A stretch of 64,000 nt of DNA, from assembly GCF_009834535.1 (NCBI RefSeq), contig NC_045697.1, forward strand, positions 112,036,001 to 112,100,000, given 5' to 3'. A program made the position numbers and the translations under genes. Every line of letters starts with the position of its first letter. The first letter of the stretch is position 1. The notes below the pieces were generated by a model, which had not been told where the DNA came from, ran no database searches, and saw nothing but the letters and a program-made list of their open reading frames with translations. Of the stretch, positions 38,481-49,979 are shown piece after piece. This DNA comes from Camelus ferus (taxonomy: Eukaryota).

Positions 38481-40933
38481 TCTGACAGGTCAGATATACT
38501 CACCCTGTTCTCCATATCTCATCCATTCAGTGATTGCTAACAGCATTCCCCTCTCTCTTTCTCTCATAGATAAAGAAACCCAGCTTTGCAGATAAGAAAG
38601 AGGTTTTCTTTGCAAAGATAGAGGCACAAACTCCTTATTTGGAATCTCCTCATCCTTGTTTGATATACAGTCTCTTTGCCAGATGCTTCTTCTTGATGGA
38701 TGTTTTCAAATCTGCATATGATGAAGTTTAGACAGTAAGAGACTACAAATACTTTTATACCGTGTTTCATTTCGTTAATTCCCTTGCTGCTACGTTTTTA
38801 GCAACTCTCAGTCCCAGCTCTTGTCCAACTTGGATGTTTCCGTACTTCTGGCTACAGTGACATTCATTGAATTTCTTTGCTTGCTCAGATTAGAAGGGGT
38901 ATTATCTCACCTGTAAGAGGGTCAGTGAACGAGGGGCAGGAGCACCTTTGCATGACAAAGTGACATCTCCTTTGTGTGTCATTAAGTTAGAATACTAGGA
39001 ACTTCTCTGTATTTTATTATCATAGGCAACAGTGTGTTGATAAGAATTTTAAAAAATTCTTTACGAAGGTCCTGGAGAATTGGGATAATAAATTGTCTGT
39101 CATCAACATACACAAAGAGTTCTAATTAATAGCTTTTTATTTTGATGGTGGTAAATTTACTATATCTCTGCTTTATTAAAAGGATAATAAAGTTGGGTTC
39201 TTTACTTTTGTTTTTGACTACTTTTTTGAAGATAATCAATTCATATTGTTAGAGGGAGTAAGACAGAATGAGTTAGCAGGACTTGGGTTTACTTAAGATA
39301 AACAGGCTTTAAAAGAAAGGAAGTCTGTGTTTTTTGAGTAGATTCACTATTTTGGGCCAATGAGGACCACGAGAATGCACATTTTACCATTTAATCACTA
39401 GTTTTTTTTAATTGAACTTATTAATTTATTATTAATTAATTTTAATAATTTGCTAGTTTTATAAGCCAACATTGATAGCTTGTTTTAATTTTTATTTCTT
39501 TATATTGAGTGAACTCAAACATTATTTACAAATAATTATTGTGTTTTTCAAGATATAAGAAACATGCCAGACACATATTTTAGATGAGACCGGGCGCATT
39601 CAGGGTGGTGTGGCAGTAGACACATATTTTAGAAACAGAGATTTTGGAATGCCCGGTATATAGCATCGAGTTCCGAAACTGATTTCCCTTCTTTCAGGTG
39701 CAGAAGTTAGTAGCAGAAACAACTCAATGTAAAAATCATGGAATGCTTCATGAAGGAGATGGTGACTTGGAAGATGAGGATTTATTTTCATATATTGCCT
39801 AAAGTAGTGAGAATTAAATATCAAAACAGGAGACAAGTAAGTAGGTTGGAATTTTTACCCAGAGCATTGGTGTGAGTGGCATTTGTTCAGAGTGGGAGAG
39901 AGACCACATTGAATAATTTGATACAGAAAATAATTGTATGTGAACCAGAAATCTACATCAAACAAGTTAACACTTTGGGAGATTTCAGATCATCTGTAAA
40001 GTCTAGAGTAGCCTTGACCATGGGCTAGACTAGCTAGGAGTAAACGAAGGAATTAAGTCTGGCCGGGAAGGATGAGTTTCACTGGCTTATGCATCTGCTC
40101 CCACATCCTCTGGAGGAGAAGCCGAGTTGAGTAGACAGGACGGGGTTTACTCTGTGAACAGAGTCACGATGGGCTAGAGAGCTCCTCTCTGCTGAGCCAG
40201 GAGAGAGGATTTTCAATTTGGAAGTAGTCCAGCGTACTTTTCCTGTTTCACTGATATATAGATAACAGCTCAAATAAGACACAGAAGACCAAATCCCTTA
40301 ACTTTTGTGCTGGAAAATATTATTCTGAAGTGGCTAGTCGAGTCAGACTGCTCTTAAGCACTCAGACACTGGACGTGACTGTTAATACAGGGGAGTGGGT
40401 GGGCTGGTGAATTGCTATTTATAATCTTCTCTTAGTGCTTTATCTCTAGTTTCTACTGCATGTCAAATCAAGGCTGTTCGAAAACAGTGGTTGGCTTTCT
40501 GATTACAGTTACCTTGCAGTTGCGTTCTTTCTTTCAAAGACCAGGGAGGTGGCAGAGCAGAAAAAAGAAAGCCTTCCCAGGTCGGCATAGACAGGGAAGA
40601 CTGAACAACTGGAAACCATCCACACTTGGAGCATTCACCCTCCGGGTGTGTCAGCAAAGTGAAAAAGAAATGCAAGGGGAACATTGCCTTCCACTTCACC
40701 TTCCAGGCTGGACGGGGATGAGGTGGTGATGTCATCTTCCACGGAACTCCACGTGCTGCCTCATCCTTTGTGAGTCTTTACAAGCCCTGGTTAGAAACTT
40801 CTCATTCAGCTTTTATCAAGGAGAGAAACTGAATTTGCTGGCCAAGGCGAGGATATTTGTGATGTTTCTGATGTCCAGAATAAGGTAACAGACAAACCAC
40901 TTCCTTTATGGAATGCTCCCAGCACGAGACCTG

Positions 40934-40936
<3 letters not shown>

Positions 40937-40985
<49 letters not shown>
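40937..40985. repeat. (TG)n microsatellite
   Basis: About 24 uninterrupted TG units. Confidence 0.97.
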
Positions 40986-40986
<1 letters not shown>

Positions 40987-41311
40987 ACGTGTAAATCTTT
41001 CAAGGCATCACCATCACAGACAATTCACCCATTGAAACTGCTGATAGAAACAAACTCAGTCAGGAAAACAATTTTTTTTGGTGGCACTAGTATATAATGA
41101 GAAGGACGATAATATATTCTAGTGTCTTCCACTTAATTTATTGCTTTCTTCACAATCCTACCCCACTACCTTTTCTCTCTCCTCTCCATTCCAATAAACT
41201 TTTTTGCCTGTTCCTACCTATTTGGTTACCATTTTCTCTACCTCTATCCTTCTAAGTACTCTTTTGATTTATGTGGAGTTAGTTTTTCTTTGTCCTTTAA
41301 AACTCTCTCAG

Positions 41312-41385
41312 GAACTGCCACCGGATTCCGCGTTGCTGTTATTGGATGTGCCGACTGCGTTCTTGATCTAAAGTCTGGATTGTAG
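41312..41385 (+). CDS. Candidate terminal coding exon E
   Basis: tttttctttgtcctttaaaactctctcag|; CpG-retaining; phase-1 reading (G)TATGFRVAVIGCADCVLDLKSGL*; all three frames stop within 75 nt. Confidence 0.45.
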
Positions 41386-42990
41386 TTTCAATTACACGGC
41401 TGAGGATTTACCTACTAATTGATTTGGGATATGAATTCATTCTTCAGGTGAACGACTTAAACATGCCTGGTGAAAAGCCTCTAATGGGGAGAAAAAAAAA
41501 GCAAACAAAACAACACAAATGTCTTACTTGCTCATTTCTCCAGCAATGCAGGGGAGACATGTAAATAACGGAGCTATTTATATCAGCTGCCACTTTGCTT
41601 TACCCGAGAAGTAACTCTGCGGCTACTTTGAACATTGCTGCCTGGCAGCAATATGGATGGGCGATAACTGTAAAACATTCTCTGTGTCAAGAACTATACA
41701 TTTTAATGCTATTTTTCATTTTAATGGAGTTGGAAGCTTTGGGAACAGTCCTGATGGAAATCTTCAACCGGCCCTGAATCCACTGTTACATTATACAGTT
41801 AAAGGTTACATTATACAGTTAAAGGAAAAGGCAACCGTTTTGTCTCTGCAAATACATAATCATGTGCACAACCAGCTCTTTAACCGAGAGTGAAAGAAGA
41901 AAAAATAACTTCAGTGTTTTGGAACTTCATGTTTCTCATTGGATATAGGATTTCCCCCTGAATTAAACGTGCAAACTTCTGGAGTATTTAAGTTTGTTGT
42001 TGTTTTGCTAAATATTTGTTGAAACGTGTATTTTGCTTTCTTGGAAAACATCCTCTGTTCTAGGCTGTGTGATTCCTTCCTGAAATTCCTTTTCTTTTAG
42101 TAAATGTCTTTATTGAGCTGACAGTTCCTGTGCTTGAGGATATATGTTTTTATGGTTTTATAAGTGGATTCATTTCCTTTCTCCCTGTCTTTTCTATTGT
42201 TGGCTACACTTTAGAAAATCCAAAACACATTCAGTTAGCTCACTGAATACATATTTAGAGATAATGGAATGTAAAAATGGGATATTTAATTCTTTTCTTT
42301 GGTGCACAGTATTAAAAAACTTTGTAAATAGTTTTTGTTTTCTTTTGTTTCCGTTATACATTGGGTATTACAAAAATGGATACACTTTGTAAATTATTTT
42401 GTGTTCTTTTGTTTCATTTCTACACTGATGTATTATAAAAAAAATTGATACTATGCCTATATGGGAAAAAATTCTCTTCATTACTGGAACCAGGGAACCT
42501 GGTTTAATCCATTTTCAATGTGCACTGACACAAAAAAGAACAATTCTGTCTTTTCAAAAGCCATGCTGTGGAGCTGGTGTTCTGTCTTGAGAAAGTATGG
42601 TCTTTAGTGTAAAGAATGCATATATTCATAAATTGCAACCTTGTGCAGTTAGTGAGATTCCAGCCACAGCTTCTTCAGCGGCATAGCCTAACATCATTTC
42701 ACTTATCTGGGTTGCATTTTCCTCACTGGTGAAACCGGAAGCCATACTGGTCTTAATTTGCCGAGTTAATCAATGACAAATGCTTTGCTGTGTGTGGCTC
42801 TTTCCCAATGCAGGAATTGAGTTTGTTTCTAACTTTGCACGTTGTCACATGATAGCTCTTCTGTGACCTTGTGAAGCCCATGTGATGTGTCAGTGGATTT
42901 GAATATACTGTCAAGATAAGGAGATTGTCTCATCTTACAGTACTCCTGTGATGCATAACCAATAAAAAAGAATTTCTCTCTTTAGAAAAA
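41386..42990 (+). other. Putative 3'UTR of the unidentified gene
   Basis: Repeat-free and U-rich; TGTAAATA at 41560 and 42323; ATTAAA at 42311; AATAAA at 42961. Confidence 0.45.
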
Positions 42991-45064
42991 TCACGAAAGA
43001 CATCGTAAATGCTACCCAGCAGTGTTATAATTCTGCCCTCCCATCATAGCCTCTGGGATTAATGCATTCATGAATACCAATAACACGCTGGCTTTAGAAC
43101 AGAGTAAGCAAATGTAATTTTCCTGCCCCTTCATGCCATCAAAATGCTCCTATTTCCTGAAATAGTTCATTCAGGTTTCCAAGAATTGATAAGAGTGTAC
43201 ATCATTTATTGTACATGTGTAACTCCATTGCTTAACATTTTCACAAACCTAGAGCATTCACAAACTTGTCGTCCCTACAGATTCACTTCTATAGGAACAA
43301 AAATAGAAACACAAGCTAAAAGGTGTTTAGAGGACATTCTTGGAAATGCCCTCTGATCATGGGGAGAAAACAAAATCTTACATGGTCAAGCGATTTTATC
43401 TGAAATCTGCTACTCACATGGAGTACCAATCTGCAATCACAGGAGGAAACTGGAAAGCCAAAAAGATGCACAGAACTACTTTCTAAATCTCCAAAAGGAC
43501 CAGGTGAGAAACGGCATCGTTCAGACTCCTGTTGGAGGTCTGGGATGTGTTTGAATCACAGGGAAGTGCTTTCTTCTTATCCTGTCTCCGCCTTGAGGTA
43601 GAACTCAGCAACCTGACTCATCCTTTCCCAGCGTGCGCCTGCCCAAACCAGACACAATTGCACTGCTCATAGCAAGTTAATTAAATTTTACTTAAGGTTT
43701 AATGAGGAACAGGAAGGGTGTTAACACTGGGCACCACAGGGTGAACTTCACAGAAGTTGCCATTGGATGTCCTCCCCTCCACACTTCCCTCTTGCTCTGA
43801 GCTGCTTCATCTGTTTCCTCCCCCCGCCCCAACTCCTCTGTATCCCCAGATTAAAGCTGAATTTTCCAAACCATCTCTGTAGAGGCAACCAGGTCATCCC
43901 GGCCTGTCCTGTTTAGCCAAACAAAACCCCAGCTGTCCCGACGTTGTCTTTGGACAGTAGGTCCATGACTGGAGAACACTGCCCCTACTGTCACTTGGGA
44001 AATCCTGCCTTTGGGGGGCTCAGGAGGGAACACAGAAATTCCTCCAACTCAAATAAAAGAGCTCCTGTAACTTATGAACAATTAAAAAAGTATTTATTAA
44101 GAACACACTTTTGTGGAACAGACAGTATATTAGGCATTTGAGGATGGCAAATAACAACACAACCAGAAACAAGGCTGATGCCCCCATAGAGGTCACTGCT
44201 GGGCAGGAAAGATAGTCATTAACCAAAAGATGACACAGATGAATGTACAATCACAATGGGGACAGGAATGAGGATGGAGATGATAACACAGGTGATACAA
44301 TTATCCTGGCCAGGGGTGGCAGGGGACTCTTCTCTGAGAGGCTGAGACCCGAGGGGAGAGTATGATTTCAGTAAGCAAAGGAAGGGGTGGCTGGTGAGTT
44401 GTTCAGGACAGTGGGAACAGTATGGGCCAAGTAGTATGAGCATTTAATGAACCAAAAGGAGGTGAGTGAGGCTGGGGCATGGAAAGTGAGGGGGAGCATG
44501 GTGTGAGATGAGCCAGAGAGAGGAAGGAGCTGGTCTTGGCTGGTCCTTGCAGGCCAAGTTAAGGATTTGGGTCTTTAAGTCCTTTTGAAGGCTTTTAAAC
44601 TGGGACGGGGCATGGGGAGAAAGGATGTGACACACCACATTTATATTTGGAATAGCTCTGAATAGAAGTAAGGAATGAATTGGTGGATGGGGGCGGGCAA
44701 GTGGATAGGGACAAGTCACTGGAAAGCTCTTGCAGTGGTCCAGTGTGGACGGAAGTGGATACAGGTGAGAGCTGACCTGGGTTTGATAGGGAAAGAGAGG
44801 AGGGGAGGTCTCAGGGCTGACTGACGGGCTTGAGGCTTGCATAAGAGGACCAGGGAATGCGTCACGTTCGTGAGATGAAGACCTACTGGACACAGTCGTC
44901 TGGGGAGGGAGGCCATGATGTCTGTTTTAATATGTTGATCTAGAGATGCATTTGAGAAATACTTGTGGAGATTGGCTACATGAGCCCAGAGTTCAGAGAA
45001 GAGGTCTAAGTTGGGTATATAATTTAGAATCATTCCCATACGGTAGCTTTGTTGTTGTTCTTGT

Positions 45065-45460
45065 TAACTTAAAAAATAGATTTACTGAAATATAGTCCAC
45101 ATAACATACAATTCACCCATTTTAAGTGTATAATTCAGTGGTTTTTAATGTATTAAAGACATATGCAACCATCATCACAATCTATTTTAAAACACTTGCA
45201 ACTTCCCTAAAAGAAAATTTGTACGCTTTAATTATCACCCCAGCCTTCCCTCACCCCGAGTCCTAGGCAACCACTAACCCACTTTCTTTTCCCGTAGGTT
45301 TCCCTATTCTGGACACGTCATAGGAATGGAACTATACAACACGTGGCCTTTGGTGCCTGGCTTCTTTCCTTTAGGGTCACGTTTTCATGATTCATCCATG
45401 TTGTATTTCCTTCTTGTTATGTCTGAATCATGTTTCATGTACCACATTTGTTTGTTTCTC
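45065..45460 (-). mobile_element. L1MB-like 3'UTR
   Basis: caattcacccattttaagtgtataattcagtggttttt...ctaggcaaccactaa...ctattctggaca. Confidence 0.85.
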
Positions 45461-45592
45461 CATTTGTCATCCCATTGCTTTTTGGTGCCCTAGCGACAGG
45501 TGTGATTAAGAAAAGATGATGGTGTGAGAAGCAAATTCAGTTTCAGCCCAAACTTGAGGAGTTTCTCACATTTAATGGCCGAATAGCAGAGG

Positions 45593-45649
45593 ATGAGTTT
45601 GTACAGGAGACCTTTCCAGCTGTTCCTTCTGTCTCCTGTACAAACTCAT
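45593..45649. repeat. Perfect 19-bp inverted repeat with a 19-nt loop
   Basis: ATGAGTTTGTACAGGAGAC (45593-45611) and GTCTCCTGTACAAACTCAT (45631-45649). Confidence 0.95.
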
Positions 45650-46810
45650 TCTAGATAGGAGAAAAACATGAGGATTTTGTCTCATGGAAACTACAGCATT
45701 TCAAAAAGGAGGGAGAGCTGAACAACGTCAAACCCCGCAGTGTGACGTTCAGGGAGATGGAGACTGAAAAGTGTCTCTTACGTTTGTGGATGTGAAGTCC
45801 ATCAGTGACCTTCGTAAGTGCCATTTTGGTGGAATGAGGGGGGTACAAACCATATTGGCGTCGATGGGGGTGCCCAGATGAGGAAATGGGGATAGAATAA
45901 CAAGAAAAGAGAAAAGGCAGTTTGGTAGGTGGGGGATAATTGTGGTCAAGGAAGGTTTATGGAATCCTCACCAAACCTGAATGGTTGAGTTATGAGGGAG
46001 AAGTTAAAAACCCAAAGGAGACCTGAAACAAGTGAACTGTGCTCCCGCACAAGGTGGAAGAGAGACCCTAGACAGTAACAAGAGAGAGGGTGGATGGATA
46101 CAGTCCCAGGTGAGTGTGCATATTTCACATGTGACAGATGAGAGAATTTCCCATCTGCAAGCCTCCACTTGCTCTGTGAAGCAGAGGGGAGTCATCTTCC
46201 GACCACGAGGGAAGAGGCTGAGAGACCAGGAGTTTGAGGAGGGTGGAGGGGGGGTTGAAAACGCCATTGTGGGTGTGGGAGGGTGAGCAGTCAGTGGAAT
46301 TAGTGAGGCTGCCGGGCAAGACTGCGGGCTTGCGTGAGGTGCTGATTCTGAATTCCTAGTGAATCGATCAACAATCAGATATTTATTGTTGCCTCTCCTG
46401 GCAGTTTCCCTGGACTCCTTAAAAATGGGCTGCTTTCCTTCCATCACAGTCTATAGTCTTGAGCATGAGGCTTGGACTTTATTAGTGGTTTTAAGGCAGC
46501 AGGGAATGAATGTCAGCACACCAAGAAGATGCACTCGGTGGCAGGTTAATCACACCCGAGAGAGCTGGCAGCTAGCATCACAACTTTTTGTGCTATTAGA
46601 GCTCACCTTCCCTACTCTCCTGCAACTACAGTGCATCTCACTTATTCACTTATTGATTCAGAAATATTTGTTTAGTGCCCACATGTGCCGGACTCTCCAC
46701 TACTTCAAGGATTGCCTATTCTTCCCTGACAGGCAGGGTCTATGCCCCCAACTCAGCCCTGAAGCAGCTGCAGAAGATGGACCTCTGCCCCTCTGCACCC
46801 CCACAGGGAT

Positions 46811-47339
46811 ATGGGAGTGAAATCTCGGAGCAAGGAATGAGACCAGAAGGAAGGAACCAGGGCATAGCCATTCAAGGACGACACAGCAGTGAGCGCCAAG
46901 ATGGAGGAGAATTCAACTCCCAGTGGACCAGGAGGCCCAAGAGGGTGGGAGATTCGACCTTCAGTGGACCCTGAACTTCATTGTACACATTGTAATGTAC
47001 CAGCATGGCGAGTGACACACCCACAGGCGCCTTGACAGTTCTGAGGCTGACCAGGAAAGGTCAACGAGAAGGTGATGGCCCAGCTCCTGGGGATCCCTAC
47101 CCCTTCCCCAAAGTTAGAACAAGCCTCTCACTTGTTAACATATAAAAACTAGCAACACCAGCCTCATGGTTGCGGTGTCTCTCTCTTGCCTTCTGAGACA
47201 GCCCGCACTGTCTGTGGAGTGTGTATCTGCTTTTACTCTAAACTAAACACTGCAACCCCACACCCGATACCTCTTGTTCATTCTCTTACCTTCTCTCTAA
47301 GTAAATCTACTTTTACTGAAAAAAAAAACCAAAAAAAAA
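46811..47339 (+). mobile_element. ERV1-like (MER41-type) LTR ending in poly(A)
   Basis: TATA-like catataaaaac, gcccgcactgtctgtggagt, AGTAAA at 47300, A-tract 47319-47339, no U5. Confidence 0.7.
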
Positions 47340-48344
47340 CCCCACAAAGATTGCCTGTTCCTTCCCACCTCTTTGTCCCTCACACTAGCCTTCTCCTGTT
47401 TCCTTTTTATTCTTTTTCCTCTTTGTGTCTCTATCTCAGGATGGGAAGTAGGAGTTATCAATATTTTCCTGGACTCTCACAGCTTTCATTCATGGACAGA
47501 AGGATATGACAAGCCTGCAGGTGAGGACGTGACATCTGTTACGACCCTCAGCCGGGCCGCCTGTGCGGCCTGTGTTACTGTGACGCCCACATGGACCTGG
47601 CGTAGATTCTGCAGAATGTGTCTTATTTGAATGGTTTCTTCATGTAAATATCTCATTACTAGATGGCGAGTTTTTATGACAATTTCTGGATTCTATTAAG
47701 CACAATTTGTTTTCTTTAATAAATATTTATTGAAATACTATGTGCCTGTGAATTACTATGCAGAAGGAGGGGATGAGGGAAGTCAGAGTATTAAGAAACA
47801 ATCTTTATAAGGAGTTCAGAGTCCCTCAGAGAAGGTACACAGGTGAACACACACAAAATGTGTGTGAGGTCAAGCCACAATATACGTGTGCAAGAGAAAA
47901 GAATTAAAAAAGAGTGCGGGTTAGTCATGGAATGCCTTTTGGTGAGAGTGAAATTTGAAACAGAATTTGACTGGCGAGCTGTTCACCAGGAAGTAAGATG
48001 GGGCCGAAGTGAGGGGGAATAGCAGCTGCTAAGCAGATGGATCTGGGCGCACAGCTGAGGCCTGGACAGTGTGGGAAGCCTGACTTGAGAAAAAGAAGGA
48101 GGTGTAGGCAGGAGCCAGACTGTGAAAGCCCTCTGATCCACGCTGAGTGTCTGGGCTTACCTGCGGGCAGTGGACGACGAGGGAAGCGCGCTAAGCAGTT
48201 GCAATGACCGCGTGAGCTGTTGCTTAGCAGAGCTGCTCTGGTGGCGGTGTGCAAGCCGGCCCAGCAGGACTGAAACTCTGAAGAAGGGGGTCAGTTATGA
48301 GTTTAGACAAGAGATAAAGAGGTCTGGAACTGGGCTGTGGGGCT

Positions 48345-49258
48345 GGGAACACTGGCCTTTAAAGCCAACTGGCCTGAAGGCTCATCTCCCTGGTGCGAGA
48401 CCCCCAGGCTGGGGAGCCTGACGGGAGGCTCAGAGCTCTCACTCCCAAGGGGGGACCCCTACACTGTAATTACTCTCCGGTTTGTGGGTCACTCACCCCG
48501 GGGTACGTGGGATTTGATTATATTACGTGTGTCGCGCCTACCCATCTCATTGTGGTTCCTCTGTTATTGCAGAAAGGGGAAGGGAATAGCCTCGATTCTT
48601 GTCTCACCCGAAAGGTAAGAATTCAAACGGGAGACCCAAGGCACTGTGGAAACAAAAGACTTATTAGCAAAGGGAAAGGACACCTCCAAGAGCTGAAGAC
48701 GGACTGGTCCAAGGGAGGTTAGAAGTGACTCTCCCAGACCCTGCCTTCTTTTGTGAGGTTGCCTAGGGGCTGTCGTAAGCTAATTTGATAGTTGACATCA
48801 TTTGAGTGGCACGTGTGGGCTATGTAACTCTTTCCTTTCCCACAATGCGCATAGGAAAGCCCCTGGAGGAGGGGCCAAGCCACAAGGCTAATTACATCAT
48901 AATGAGCACTGGCTCATGTCAGGTGGGGTCCTCCTGTCTACGGCACAGTTGCAGCTGTCTGGTTCTACCTGGTTTCTTTGTTGACACTCATTTAGAGAAA
49001 GTAAAGCTCTCTGAAGCCCCTTATTCTGAGCACAGGGGTACCATTGTCTTCTGGATTTTTCCCTCCCTTTTCCATCCCTTTGCCCAGTGCCTCTGTCTCT
49101 TTAACTGCTTAACACCTTATGTCTTTAGCTGTAGAAGGTCTTTTCCAGTAGGTTCCAGTCTTTTTCACTGATGGTTGTTCTGCAGTTAGCTGTGATTTTG
49201 GTGAGCTCGTGAGAGGAGGGGAGCTCACGGTTTTTCTGCACCATCTTGGTCGATCTCC
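48345..49258 (-). mobile_element. L1 5'UTR fragment split by a solo LTR
   Basis: Reverse-complement homology to 27712-28050 on both sides of the LTR; ends caccatcttgg. Confidence 0.75.
48562..49114 (-). mobile_element. Solo ERV1-class LTR
   Basis: TGTTA...TAACA inverted termini; flanks CCTC and CCTT (imperfect 4-bp TSD); orientation inferred. Confidence 0.75.
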
Positions 49259-49826
49259 ATTGATGATTCTGAGTACTAGGTGAGAAGCCAGTCTGCAGGG
49301 AGAGTAAAAGATCAGTTTTAGATACGTCAGTTTGGAAGAGCCTCTGGAACGTCTAGGTGGAGAGACACAATAAGAAAATTTACAGAGATTAGGAAAGAGG
49401 TCTGGGGGAGTAATAAAGAATTGTAATTTATTAGTCTAAGAATGGTAATCAAAATCATGAGGCCAAATGAGGTTGCTAGGAAGAAGTAATAGTGAAAAAA
49501 GAAGAGAATGAAACATGGAAACCTGAAAAATACTGGTACTTAAGGGTCCGGTAGAGGAAAAAGAAATATCACCATGTAAAAGACTCATGAGGTAGCAGAG
49601 AACTAGGAGAAGCCAGTGAAGGGGTCAGATTAGAGGAAAAGGTGAAAAATGTGAAAAGCAGGTGATGTTGGGGTTAAGTCTTGTCCACCAGTCTGAGAAT
49701 TAGCATGTCCTTAATGCCTTTTAGTACAACTCCAAAGTTAGGTGTGGGGAAATAGATGGGTGAGAAAAATCAATCAGATGTGACTGGGTTGAGGGATACA
49801 CGGAGACTGGGGAATATACAAAATAG

Positions 49827-49979
49827 GGAGAGGGAATGGCTCAGTGGTAGAGTGTGCCTTTAGCATGCACAAGGTCGGGGGTTCAATTCCCAGTATCTCC
49901 ATTTAAATAAATAAGTAAATAAATAAACCTCATCATTTTGCCCCACCCCCCCCCCAAAAAAAAGGAGGGGGGGAAGAAA
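49827..49979 (+). mobile_element. Camelid tRNA-derived SINE (Vic-1-like)
   Basis: tggctcagtggtagag...ggttcaattcccagt; TSD ATACAAAATAG at 49816-49826 and 49980-49990. Confidence 0.9.

Larger units (their letters stand above)
44070..45900 (-). mobile_element. Long LINE-2 remnant, interrupted by an L1 at 45065-45460
   Basis: gtatttattaagaacac 3' end; ggccaagttaaggatttgggtcttt; gagttcagagaagaggtctaagttgg; ccatcagtgaccttcgtaagtgccattttggtgga. Confidence 0.8.
47700..49810 (-). mobile_element. LINE-2 remnant hosting a nested L1 5' end and an LTR
   Basis: aaatatttattgaaatactatgtgcc at 47720; L2-like sequence resumes near 49270 (gatcagttttagatacgtcagtttgga). Confidence 0.6.

Noticed and set aside
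44444..44893. 149-aa ORF
   Set aside because: It lies within a decayed LINE-2 and has low-complexity Pro/Ser composition.
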